DNA from: an uncultured delta proteobacterium
GTDB lineage: Bacteria; Myxococcota_A; Polyangia; Fen-1088
Reading direction: 5' to 3'
Assembly (NCBI GenBank): GCA_963737265.1
Contig: CAVTRY010000018.1
Span: 241,414 to 305,413 of the forward strand
DNA length: 64,000 nt
A model generated the notes under the pieces. That model had not been told where the DNA came from. It did no database searches and saw nothing but the letters and a program-made list of their open reading frames with translations. The translations under genes were made by a program, and so were the position numbers. Positions 44,143 through 54,928 of this stretch are shown here, piece by piece (the stretch's first letter is position 1; every line of letters begins with the position of its first letter).

Positions 44143-46305
44143 GGTTCCCCCGCGTCCGCGGGGATGGTCCCTTAACCTGGCAATCGTGAACCTTCGTCGC
44201 GATGGTTCCCCCGCGTCCGCGGGGATGGTCCCGCGAGGAGGATTCGATTGCTTGATCACCGTGAGGTTCCCCCGCGTCCGCGGGGATGGTCCCATCTTTC
44301 TCGGCGTTACGGTTCGAGTCCGTTCGGTTCCCCCGCGTCCGCGGGGATGGTCCCTATATACGCCAGACGCGTTAGATGAAGGTCGTGGTTCCCCCGCGTC
44401 CGCGGGGATGGTCCCATGTAGCGCAAGCAGCGACGTGGCAGGGGATTGGTTCCCCCGCGTCCGCGGGGATGGTCCCTTTGCGGGGCCTGGGCAGGCGCAC
44501 TGGGCGTCGGTTCCCCCGCGTCCGCGGGGATGGTCCAGCCAAGCAGCTCGTCGACGAGATGCTGCGCGAGGTTCCCCCGCGTCCGCGGGGATGGTCCCTA
44601 TCCAGCGCTGGCGGCCGCGGTTCCGATCCAGGTTCCCCCGCGTCCGCGGGGATGGTCCCTTAAGGCTCGCCTGCCAGAGCGCGATTCCCCCGGTTCCCCC
44701 GCGTCCGCGGGGATGGTCCCATCGAGCTAAATCCGCGCGAGCTGGCCGACCTGGTTCCCCCGCGTCCGCGGGGATGGTCCCTCGGCGTACTGCGCCTTGT
44801 TCATCTTGCTGACGGTTCCCCCGCGTCCGCGGGGATGGTCCTTGTAGGTGGTTTAAGAGAGATGTTTTGGCTAAGGTTCCCCCGCGTCCGCGGGGATGGT
44901 CCCTGCACCGCCGCGGCTTCTTCCCCCTTTGCCACGGTTCCCCCGCGTCCGCGGGGATGGTCCTATTGACCAAGATCCTTGCCGCGCATCGTAGCGGGTT
45001 CCCCCGCGTCCGCGGGGATGGTCCCTTCCCGCGAGTCGGCGGCCTGGCTATTGTGGCGGTTCCCCCGCGTCCGCGGGGATGGTCCCCCCAATTGCACGTA
45101 GCCCCAGGGGCGCAGCTTGGTTCCCCCGCGTCCGCGGGGATGGTCCCCATCGTAGCGGACCCGAAGATACTGCACCGAAGGTTCCCCCGCGTCCGCGGGG
45201 ATGGTCCCCCCCAAGCTGCCCGCATCCTGGCAGCCAGCGAGGTTCCCCCGCGTCCGCGGGGATGGTCCCACACGAAAGTCAGGTCGCGGGCGATATCGTG
45301 CGGTTCCCCCGCGTCCGCGGGGATGGTCCCGTCATCGGATTGCCCAAGCCCAGCGCATGGCCGGTTCCCCCGCGTCCGCGGGGATGGTCCCTCTTCCCTG
45401 TGTGTTGCCATGACTAGACCTCCGGTTCCCCCGCGTCCGCGGGGATGGTCCCTCGCTATCGACCATGTGGTCATAAAGAAAATCGGTTCCCCCGCGTCCG
45501 CGGGGATGGTCCCTCACCGCGTGCCCCTTTTTGCGACACCACCTTGGTTCCCCCGCGTCCGCGGGGATGGTCCCCCAAGTCCTCGAAGGTCCACAAAGAC
45601 TACGTTGGTTCCCCCGCGTCCGCGGGGATGGTCCCGCTGATGTTCGCCGAGGACAGAGCGGGCAGGCGGTTCCCCCGCGTCCGCGGGGATGGTCCACAGC
45701 CCGCCGCCATCGCACGCCCCTTTGCTTTGGTTCCCCCGCGTCCGCGGGGATGGTCCCACGAATTCGGCGAGCGCGCTATGGCACGACACGGTTCCCCCGC
45801 GTCCGCGGGGATGGTCCCCGGATATGCATGTTCTTTTCCATGAGTATGGCGGTTCCCCCGCGTCCGCGGGGATGGTCCCTCGATAGCCATCGGCGCCGGG
45901 ATGGATGTCGTGGTTCCCCCGCGTCCGCGGGGATGGTCCTTCGAGGCGTTTGTCAAAAGAGGACTCGCCAAGGGTTCCCCCGCGTCCGCGGGGATGGTCC
46001 CAAAAAGGCGGCATCGTTACGGTAGCTAGCCCGGGTTCCCCCGCGTCCGCGGGGATGGTCCCAAGCACATTGCCATCGAGAGTGGCCAGAAAATGGTTCC
46101 CCCGCGTCCGCGGGGATGGTCCTGAGTGCCGCATAAGCACATTTGTTCAGTGGTTGGTTCCCCCGCGTCCGCGGGGATGGTCCCTCGATGAAGGAACAGC
46201 GCGTAGCGGGACAAGTGGTTCCCCCGCGTCCGCGGGGATGGTCCCGGTCGCTCGCGATACTAGGTCGTGAGGGTCTTGGTTCCCCCGCGTCCGCGGGGAT
46301 GGTCC
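44143..46305 (+). CRISPR. Array 1, leader-proximal part: 36 repeats GGTTCCCCCGCGTCCGCGGGGATGGTCC(C)
   Basis: Exact 61-bp periodicity from 44143 to 46278, unique 33-nt spacers. Confidence 0.98.
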
Positions 46306-46308
46306 CCC

Positions 46309-47596
46309 CAGGGTCATCGCATCATCCCACATCGGGTTGGGCCATGAGGACTTGCAGAATGAAGTCCTGATCCCATGCCGCGCGCATTCGGCGAAGCCTG
46401 ATGCTGAGCTTGCAGTCTTTGACTGATTTGAGGAGGTTGAGTGAGATGTGGCGCATCACTGCAAAGTTCTGGGCGGCGTTGCCGGCGCGAACACGGCATT
46501 CGTCCTCACGGAAAGTGACGTCGAGAACCCAGTGCAATTCATTTTCGATTCCCCAGTGCTTCCGAGCGGCGTCGAGAGCGGCATCTGCTGGGAGGTTCTT
46601 TCGCGAACTGATGTAGTAGCGGCACTCGGTTGAAGTGTGCCCCGAGACCGTGCGCTCGGACTCGATCAATACCAAGCTGCTCAGACCCGTCCATTCCTGG
46701 TACTGGGAGATGCTCTCGACCATGTTTGTGGTCCAGCACCGGCGAACCTCGGTTCGTCCGTGCCCAACATCGCGTGTCTCGTGAAAATCCACGTCCAATC
46801 CCGTCGGGTCGCGACGACAATGCGCGAAGATTGTCGTCACTTCAGCGCTGAGCGTGGGTTGGTTCTCCTTCACCGCGAGCAGGTAATCCGCGTCGGCGTC
46901 CTGGATATCTGCGGTGATCTGCTTCTGGCAGCCCATCGCATCGATAGTTACTAGACAGCCCTTGATCTTCAGGAGCTTGAGCAACCGCGGAATGGCAGTG
47001 ATCTCGTTGGATTTCTCCTCTGTCTTGACCTGCCCAAGAACCACGTGGTTGTTGGTGGCCCAGGCACTAACCATGTGGACGAAAGCGTGGCTGCCGGCCT
47101 CTTGGAAGGATCGTCGCAGCGTCTTGCCGTCGATGGCCACGACCTCGCCTTTCGTGAGTCGCGCCACGCTCAAGATCCACTGCCGGAACCTCTCAGCCAG
47201 GGCATCTGGATTCAGGGCTGCAAACACCCTCCCGATGGTGTCGTGTGTGGGAATCCCGCCGCGCAGACCGATAAACGTTCGTAACCAGGCTTCTCTTGCC
47301 CGCCCATAGGTCTCGATAGCACAGAAGGAGTCAGCACCACAGACCACGGCACACAACGATAGCATCAGGATGTCCGTCAGCGCGTGGTGCCGCGTCCGCT
47401 CCACCCGCGGATCCGGCACCGACGCGAAGTACTCCAGGATCGATGCCGCCAGCTCTTCCTTTTCTCGTTCCGCCACGGTTGTTCGCTTCATGACTTACGA
47501 ACAAGCCACGATATCGCCCTTCAATCAAAAAACGTTCCTCTCTGGTGCGCCGGCTATACCACGAAGATCGTTCGGGATTTAGATGCGATGACCCTG
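46309..47596 (-). mobile_element. ISAs1-family insertion sequence
   Basis: 15-bp terminal inverted repeats CAGGGTCATCGCATC / GATGCGATGACCCTG enclosing a transposase. Confidence 0.92.
46322..47491 (-). CDS. ISAs1-family DDE transposase
   Basis: VPDPRV, PTHDT, AIDGKTLR, KSNEITAIP, TIDAMGCQ, HWGIENELHWVLDVTFRED. Confidence 0.96.
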   Translation of the reverse strand: MKRTTVAEREKEELAASILEYFASVPDPRVERTRHHALTDILMLSLCAVVCGADSFCAIETYGRAREAWLRTFIGLRGGIPTHDTIGRVFAALNPDALAERFRQWILSVARLTKGEVVAIDGKTLRRSFQEAGSHAFVHMVSAWATNNHVVLGQVKTEEKSNEITAIPRLLKLLKIKGCLVTIDAMGCQKQITADIQDADADYLLAVKENQPTLSAEVTTIFAHCRRDPTGLDVDFHETRDVGHGRTEVRRCWTTNMVESISQYQEWTGLSSLVLIESERTVSGHTSTECRYYISSRKNLPADAALDAARKHWGIENELHWVLDVTFREDECRVRAGNAAQNFAVMRHISLNLLKSVKDCKLSIRLRRMRAAWDQDFILQVLMAQPDVG

Positions 47597-47908
47597 TGTG
47601 CGATCCTCGTATTCGCTGGACTCGTATTTGCTGGACTCATCATGACGTACAATGTTCGTGCTGAAGAAAACCGTGTGACGGTGCGTGGTCTGAGCCAACG
47701 ACTGCAGCTCACGGGATGGCAGGCAAGCTGGCAGGTGCAAGGCGAGTTCATACCGCCGGTCTATCCCTTGCCCGGGGGCAAGATCCTGGCCATTGTGAAG
47801 AACCTGGAAACGGATGCCCTCGCTCTCATGCTTTGGGACAGAGAGGGGCACGAGCTGGGACGAAGCCCTCTCGACATCGTCGGCAGGGCCAACGCATCTA
47901 AATTGTAA
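47588..47908 (+). CDS. Small cargo ORF (106 aa) with a signal-peptide-like N-terminus, function unknown
   Basis: MTLCAILVFAGLVFAGLIMTYNVRAEE...; its ATG lies inside the IS terminal repeat. Confidence 0.4.
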   Translation: MTLCAILVFAGLVFAGLIMTYNVRAEENRVTVRGLSQRLQLTGWQASWQVQGEFIPPVYPLPGGKILAIVKNLETDALALMLWDREGHELGRSPLDIVGRANASKL

Positions 47909-48046
47909 GTGATCTTGCGGAGATGCCGATAGTTATGCCGGTCTCCGCGCCCGTGCGCGCTGCCGAACCTGCCTGCACACCGGCGCGCGCACCGACCCCA
48001 GGGGAAAACCTTCCAGAAATGGCCGAGACTCTGATGGATCCTGCGT

Positions 48047-48072
48047 CGATGTAGGATGATGCGATGGCCCTG
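48047..48072 (+). repeat. Third ISAs1 end (copy of the transposase-distal end) followed by the 10-bp target duplication
   Basis: CGATGTAGGATGATGCGATGGCCCTG matches the reverse complement of 46309-46334 at 24/26; ATGGTCCCCC at 46299-46308 and 48073-48082. Confidence 0.88.
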
Positions 48073-48112
48073 ATGGTCCCCCCCTCTCGCGCTCCGGCCC
48101 CCCCTCCGGTAA

Positions 48113-51100
48113 GGTTCCCCCGCGTCCGCGGGGATGGTCCCAGCAGGCGCGAGGGCCAGAGCATAGGCAAGGTGGTTCCCCCGCGTCCGCGGGGATGGTC
48201 CCCTGTGGAGCCGATGGTTGCTCTTTTCCAGCAAGGTTCCCCCGCGTCCGCGGGGATGGTCCCACCGCGCTCGAAGACCAGTTGGAGCTTGGTGGGGTTC
48301 CCCCGCGTCCGCGGGGATGGTCCCGACCTTTTCGCGGTCGTGTTGCTTGGTTCCACGGTTCCCCCGCGTCCGCGGGGATGGTCCCAGCTCCTCGTCGCGT
48401 GCCCAAGGTTCGTCAGTGGTTCCCCCGCGTCCGCGGGGATGGTCCCACTTACAATCAGTTGTCGATATTTCTCTCGACGGTTCCCCCGCGTCCGCGGGGA
48501 TGGTCCCGAGGCAGCCAGCAGCCCGGTCCCGATGCCCACGGTTCCCCCGCGTCCGCGGGGATGGTCCCAACGACGTGAAACAGAAGCACCTGAAGGCGTC
48601 GGTTCCCCCGCGTCCGCGGGGATGGTCCCTTTCTGGCCGATATGGGACTTCGACCGTCTGGGGTTCCCCCGCGTCCGCGGGGATGGTCCCTGTCCGGCGG
48701 ATTGCATCGAGCAAGGGAAGTTGGTTCCCCCGCGTCCGCGGGGATGGTCCCTTCGTCGATTGCTTTACCTGTCTCGATGGCGCGGTTCCCCCGCGTCCGC
48801 GGGGATGGTCCCAAGTCATGCGCCACCGGGGTGCCACAAGGATTGGTTCCCCCGCGTCCGCGGGGATGGTCCCTACTTGAAGGCGTTGCGGATGGATATT
48901 CCAAAGGTTCCCCCGCGTCCGCGGGGATGGTCCCTCTGCGGGGCCTGGGCAGGCGCACTGGGCGTCGGTTCCCCCGCGTCCGCGGGGATGGTCCCGACAT
49001 CACCAAGGGCTTTATCAAGGGTACCGCGGTTCCCCCGCGTCCGCGGGGATGGTCCCGCCGTTGGTATTCAGTCGCAGAACGCCTCGACGGTTCCCCCGCG
49101 TCCGCGGGGATGGTCCCCTGACCTTTGCGACTCAGCGGCTCGAACGAGCGGTTCCCCCGCGTCCGCGGGGATGGTCCCCTTTCGCCCCCGTATCTACTCA
49201 TGGTCGCAAAGGTTCCCCCGCGTCCGCGGGGATGGTCCGCACGGATTCGATCCGACATGGATGCCGTCACAGGTTCCCCCGCGTCCGCGGGGATGGTCCC
49301 CGCCAGCACGACTTCGAGCGCAGCTAATTCCTGGTTCCCCCGCGTCCGCGGGGATGGTCCTATGCAGGGCTTCCGGCCGAGGCATCCGCCGACGGTTCCC
49401 CCGCGTCCGCGGGGATGGTCCCGGTACCGGAAGACGTGGTCATGGACCCAAGATGGTTCCCCCGCGTCCGCGGGGATGGTCCCTCCACCGAGCAAGTGAC
49501 GGCGCTGGCGGCCTGGGTTCCCCCGCGTCCGCGGGGATGGTCCCTTCGCCGAAGAGCTGATCGTCCTGCTGGTCAAGGTTCCCCCGCGTCCGCGGGGATG
49601 GTCCGCAGGTCGAGGCGCTGCTGAAAGCGTGGCACTTGGTTCCCCCGCGTCCGCGGGGATGGTCCCCACCTCGAACTTTTTCCACTATTGTCGTTCCCGG
49701 TTCCCCCGCGTCCGCGGGGATGGTCCCCATGGCAGAAACGAAAAAAGGCAGCCGACGTAGGTTCCCCCGCGTCCGCGGGGATGGTCCCTGTGGATAGGGG
49801 ATTTGCAGTCGGACCGCGAGGGTTCCCCCGCGTCCGCGGGGATGGTCCCGATTATCACCGTTGGGGTAGATGCCCTGCTCGGGTTCCCCCGCGTCCGCGG
49901 GGATGGTCCCATCATCGACAAGCTTCCGGAGACGAAGACGGCGGTTCCCCCGCGTCCGCGGGGATGGTCCCAACGAAATCAATCAGGACCCGCGATTTGA
50001 CGAGGTTCCCCCGCGTCCGCGGGGATGGTCCAGGCGAGCGGCGTCCGCGTTGGCGCGGTTCAGGGGTTCCCCCGCGTCCGCGGGGATGGTCCCCGCGTAC
50101 GTCCCGCAGTCGCTACCACCGGCAGGGTTCCCCCGCGTCCGCGGGGATGGTCCCACCTGGTCCACAGACAGACACCGCGAGTCCCGGGTTCCCCCGCGTC
50201 CGCGGGGATGGTCCCCGGGGCAAGCCCGAATTCTACGTCCTATCCGCGGTTCCCCCGCGTCCGCGGGGATGGTCCCTAGAAGAGAACAAGATCCTAGAAA
50301 AGGCCGACGGTTCCCCCGCGTCCGCGGGGATGGTCCCTACGCTGCTACTAGCCGCCGACGAATCGCCGCGGTTCCCCCGCGTCCGCGGGGATGGTCCCAC
50401 ATCATCTTCTACCGTGCTATCCTCTCCAGCGGTTCCCCCGCGTCCGCGGGGATGGTCCCAGGTACGGCAGCCACGGGTAATCTTTGGGATAGGTTCCCCC
50501 GCGTCCGCGGGGATGGTCCCTTGCGCGCCGTCGTGCAAGGCGAGTCGACGATCGGTTCCCCCGCGTCCGCGGGGATGGTCCCGCGACCAGCGCTTGGCTT
50601 CCTACCGCGCGGGCGGTTCCCCCGCGTCCGCGGGGATGGTCCCTATACCACACCCACGATTGTACCGTTGCGGGTGGTTCCCCCGCGTCCGCGGGGATGG
50701 TCCCGAGCGAGCGACAACAAGCCCGCTTCGGCTGAGGGTTCCCCCGCGTCCGCGGGGATGGTCCCTGCAATGTCCCCCAGGATCAGAGACCCCACCGGGT
50801 TCCCCCGCGTCCGCGGGGATGGTCCCCGCTCACCAGAGCAGCTGGAATGCCTGCGCAAGGTTCCCCCGCGTCCGCGGGGATGGTCCCCGAAACCGCCCGA
50901 ATTAGTCAAGAGCCGTCGAGGTTCCCCCGCGTCCGCGGGGATGGTCCCGCTTTCCACAAAGGCAGTCTACTGGCCAGTGCGGTTCCCCCGCGTCCGCGGG
51001 GATGGTCCCCGAGTATCGGCACGGCCGAGCAAGACGAGGTTGGTTCCCCCGCGTCCGCGGGGATGGTCCTTATTCACGAGGCAGCGGCACAATGACGGTG

Positions 51101-52960
51101 CCGGTTCCCCCGCGTCCGCGGGGATGGTCCCGCTATGCCGGGCCCGAAACGTGGCCGCTCACGGGTTCCCCCGCGTCCGCGGGGATGGTCCCCGACGTTG
51201 CTGTGTGGACATTGTCCGGCACCCGGTTCCCCCGCGTCCGCGGGGATGGTCCCGCGCAGGCGGTGGACGCCGCAGGCTCCACGCAGGTTCCCCCGCGTCC
51301 GCGGGGATGGTCCCGCCCTGGTGCCCCCAGCAGGATTGACCGCGCTGGTTCCCCCGCGTCCGCGGGGATGGTCCCTCGCGCAGTAGCGTGCGAAACTTCG
51401 CGCCTTGGGTTCCCCCGCGTCCGCGGGGATGGTCCCTATAGCCGCTGAGTGGGCGATGTACCATGGCGGGTTCCCCCGCGTCCGCGGGGATGGTCCTTCC
51501 ATCGCGGTTTTCATCGCCGCGCCTCCACGGGTTCCCCCGCGTCCGCGGGGATGGTCCCAAGTCGGTGCAGGCGAGCGAAATTGCGCAACGGGTTCCCCCG
51601 CGTCCGCGGGGATGGTCCCTTGACAAAATGAAGGCGCGCCTTGTTGGCGTAGGTTCCCCCGCGTCCGCGGGGATGGTCCCTGTGGCTAATGGTGTTTACG
51701 GCGACTATGCAAGGTTCCCCCGCGTCCGCGGGGATGGTCCCTCAAAGACGTTGCCCAGGCTGTCTCGTCGAAGGGTTCCCCCGCGTCCGCGGGGATGGTC
51801 CCATCAGAACGAAACGGCAACTCTGCAAACTAGCGGTTCCCCCGCGTCCGCGGGGATGGTCCCCCACTGCGCGAGTGCGCGCAGCTCGGCCGGAAGGTTC
51901 CCCCGCGTCCGCGGGGATGGTCCCGGCACGGGCGCGGTATTGCCTGGCACTTTCGGGGTTCCCCCGCGTCCGCGGGGATGGTCCTTGGCATTGATAGGGC
52001 TGGCAAGTGCTGACAAAGGTTCCCCCGCGTCCGCGGGGATGGTCCCGAGGAGTCGTATCCGTCGTATGAATCGCGTGCGGTTCCCCCGCGTCCGCGGGGA
52101 TGGTCCCGATGACGCGTTGCTGGACGATACCAGTTACCGGGTTCCCCCGCGTCCGCGGGGATGGTCCCAAGTACGCGTTTCATGACAAATGCTCCTTTTT
52201 GGTTCCCCCGCGTCCGCGGGGATGGTCCCTACCACCTCAAGTCAAAGGACCGACACCATGAGGTTCCCCCGCGTCCGCGGGGATGGTCCCTTTGAGGGTG
52301 GCGCCAGTTAGTAGGCGATGTAGGTTCCCCCGCGTCCGCGGGGATGGTCCCAAAATGGAGGCTGTCTTGGTGGCTGATTTGTCGGTTCCCCCGCGTCCGC
52401 GGGGATGGTCCCTACGCGGGTCTGGGTGCTGGAGTCTCGACAGTGGTTCCCCCGCGTCCGCGGGGATGGTCCCTGCCGTCGACCAAATCGAGATAGCCGC
52501 AAATTGGTTCCCCCGCGTCCGCGGGGATGGTCCCCTCGAGGGCGCCGCTTTCCACGACTAGACCTTGGTTCCCCCGCGTCCGCAGGGATGGTCCTTGCAG
52601 ATGCGCACAATTGCCGCAGCAATGCCAGGTTCCCCCGCGTCCGCGGGGATGGTCCCTTCCATGCTTATCCGGTTCACACACTCCACAAGGTTCCCCCGCG
52701 TCCGCGGGGATGGTCCCCGTGGATGCAGCGTGCTGGTGGATCCATCAGTGGTTCCCCCGCGTCCGCGGGGATGGTCCCCTTCGGCTCTGACGCTTGCGGA
52801 GCTTGGCGCCGGTTCCCCCGCGTCCGCGGGGATGGTCCGTGTCGAAAACGGCGCGCGCTTCGGCGGTCAGCGGTTCCCCCGCGTCCGCGGGGATGGTCCC
52901 AGGAGTTGATGCCTGTCGGCGAAGGGCGCGAAGGTTCCCCCGCGTCCGCGGGGATGGTCC
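48113..52960 (+). CRISPR. Array 1, distal part: 80 further repeats of the same sequence
   Basis: 61-bp period, one 62-bp unit at 50492-50554, one variant repeat at 52567. Confidence 0.98.
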
Positions 52961-53035
52961 CATTTGTACGCGGGCCTGCTAACGTGCTGGACGTCAACTA
53001 CATTCACCCGGTGACGTCAATTACATCGCCCCGCT

Positions 53036-54231
53036 CCGTTCCCCGCGCACGCGGGGATGAACCGAAGGCTGACCATGTCATTGATTTGTTGCTGGACCGT
53101 TCCCCGCGCACGCGGGGATGAACCGACTCGCAATCGACCGTCGGGTGTGCTGTGCGCCCGTTCCCCGCGCACGCGGGGATGAACCGACCAGAGCGGAGGG
53201 GGGCGGGCAATTCCGCCGCCGTTCCCCGCGCACGCGGGGATGAACCGGCCAGCTCCGTTGTTGAGTCGGCCCTAGCGCGCCGTTCCCCGCGCACGCGGGG
53301 ATGAACCGGTCGGGCAGCAGGAACAAAAGTTCGACGCGAACCGTTCCCCGCGCACGCGGGGATGAACCGGTTTATTGGCTGCGAGTTCCCGCGACCGTTG
53401 ACCGTTCCCCGCGCACGCGGGGATGAACCGGCTTGGGGGGGATGGACAACATCGAGGTCATCCCGTTCCCCGCGCACGCGGGGATGAACCGCACGCCTCA
53501 GAGCTAATCGAGTCCGTGAAGCGCCGTTCCCCGCGCACGCGGGGATGAACCTTCAGCGCCGCTACGGCGCGCTTATCGGCCACGTGGGGCAGCCGTTCCC
53601 CGCGCACGCGGGGATGAACCGGATGGTCTCGGGGAACACTCCAAAGTCGGTTGCCGTTCCCCGCGCACGCGGGGATGAACCGATTTCGTTTGCGGCCGGC
53701 CCGACTAGCGTTTGCCGTTCCCCGCGCACGCGGGGATGAACCGGATATCGACAGAGCTGGCGAGGTGATGCTTGCCCGTTCCCCGCGCACGCGGGGATGA
53801 ACCGAGGCGCTGCAGATCGATGATGCTCGGCGCAAGCCGTTCCCCGCGCACGCGGGGATGAACCGGAGGTGCATCATGATCGGACTCGGTGACATCTCCG
53901 TTCCCCGCGCACGTGGGGATGAACCGACCACGATGAAGACGCGGAGGCTTGCGCAGATCCGTTCCCCGCGCACGCGGGGATGAACCGAGGTGGAGGAACG
54001 CAGGCGCGCAGCTCGTCGGCCGTTCCCCGCGCACGCGGGGATGAACCGTTGCGCGCGTGGCGGATTGAGAATGCTCGCCACCGTTCCCCGCGCACGCGGG
54101 GATGAACCGATGCAGTGGTAGCGCTGGTGCAGCTCGCTCACCCGTTCCCCGCGCACGCGGGGATGAACCGCCAGGCATGGCAAGTAGGTCGCTGACCGGG
54201 AGCCGTTCCCCGCGCGCGCGGGGATGAACCC
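53036..54231 (+). CRISPR. Array 2: 20 repeats CCGTTCCCCGCGCACGCGGGGATGAACC(G), 19 spacers
   Basis: 61-bp period, one 41-nt spacer, degenerate terminal repeat at 54203. Confidence 0.97.
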
Positions 54232-54688
54232 CGGTCACCGCGTCCTGGTCCTCGCACGCGCTCGCGCGCGGGTGCGGGCACATGAGCGCCGGCCAGCGCC
54301 GCGCTCGCGCTGGCAAGGCCCAGTCCGCTCCATCGTGCAGGCGCCCAGCGCCGCGATCTTCGCCCGAGCACCGTCGCGCGCGTGCCCCCTGCCGGGCGCA
54401 CGCGCGCACGACTCCATCGAAGAAAGCGGCGCCACACGGTAGACGCTCCCATGCCGCGGCGCCTCGCTCGCAAGTGCCCTCAGGGGAGAAAGCGGCGGTC
54501 AAGTTGTGCTTGCATCGGACGCCTCGGCATGGTCGCTGCATCGGGAAAGGCGGCGACGACAGCTCACGGACGCCAGCGCCACGATCGTGCACAAAGCGGC
54601 GGCGCGCGCCTGGCGCAGACATCAAGAGCTGGAAACACCCGTGCAGAATGATGCTTCATCGCGCTCGTGGGCGCGCTACACTTGGAAC

Positions 54689-54928
54689 ATGCTGCAGTCG
54701 CAGGAAATCTTGGAAGCCGCGCTCGAGCTTCCCGAGAAAGATCGGGAGACGCTCGTCGACAAACTGGCCGCGAGCTTGCACGGCGGTTTTGCCTCGGCGG
54801 AAATCGAGCAGGCATGGGCTGTCGAGATCGAACGACGCTGCGCCGATGTCGACGCTGGCCGCGCTGTCCTTCGCGACTGGGACGAGGTCCGAGACGAGAT
54901 CCTTGCCGACCTCCGTGCCCGACCCTAA
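54689..54928 (+). CDS. Addiction-module antitoxin (TIGR02574-like)
   Basis: ILEAALELPEKDRETLVDKLAASL...AWAVEIERR...DWDEVR. Confidence 0.82.
   Translation: MLQSQEILEAALELPEKDRETLVDKLAASLHGGFASAEIEQAWAVEIERRCADVDAGRAVLRDWDEVRDEILADLRARP

Noticed and set aside
46322-47491. CRISPR-associated transposon (CAST) reading of a Cas3-less Cascade plus transposase
   Set aside because: The transposase is an ordinary ISAs1 inserted secondarily, with a TSD inside the array. No tnsA/B/C or tniQ is present, and cas8e is also lost.
44113-54183. Long repetitive ORFs across the CRISPR arrays (GSPASAGMV / FPRVRGDGP / VPPRPRGWS)
   Set aside because: Artefacts of translating a stop-free GC-rich repeat with a 61-bp period.
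44143-54231. Self-targeting spacers within the window
   Set aside because: None spotted by eye, but the check was not exhaustive. It needs a BLASTN-short of all spacers against the genome.
54232-54688. Gene or further degenerate CRISPR units after array 2
   Set aside because: GC-rich low-complexity sequence with no recognisable motif or 61-bp periodicity.
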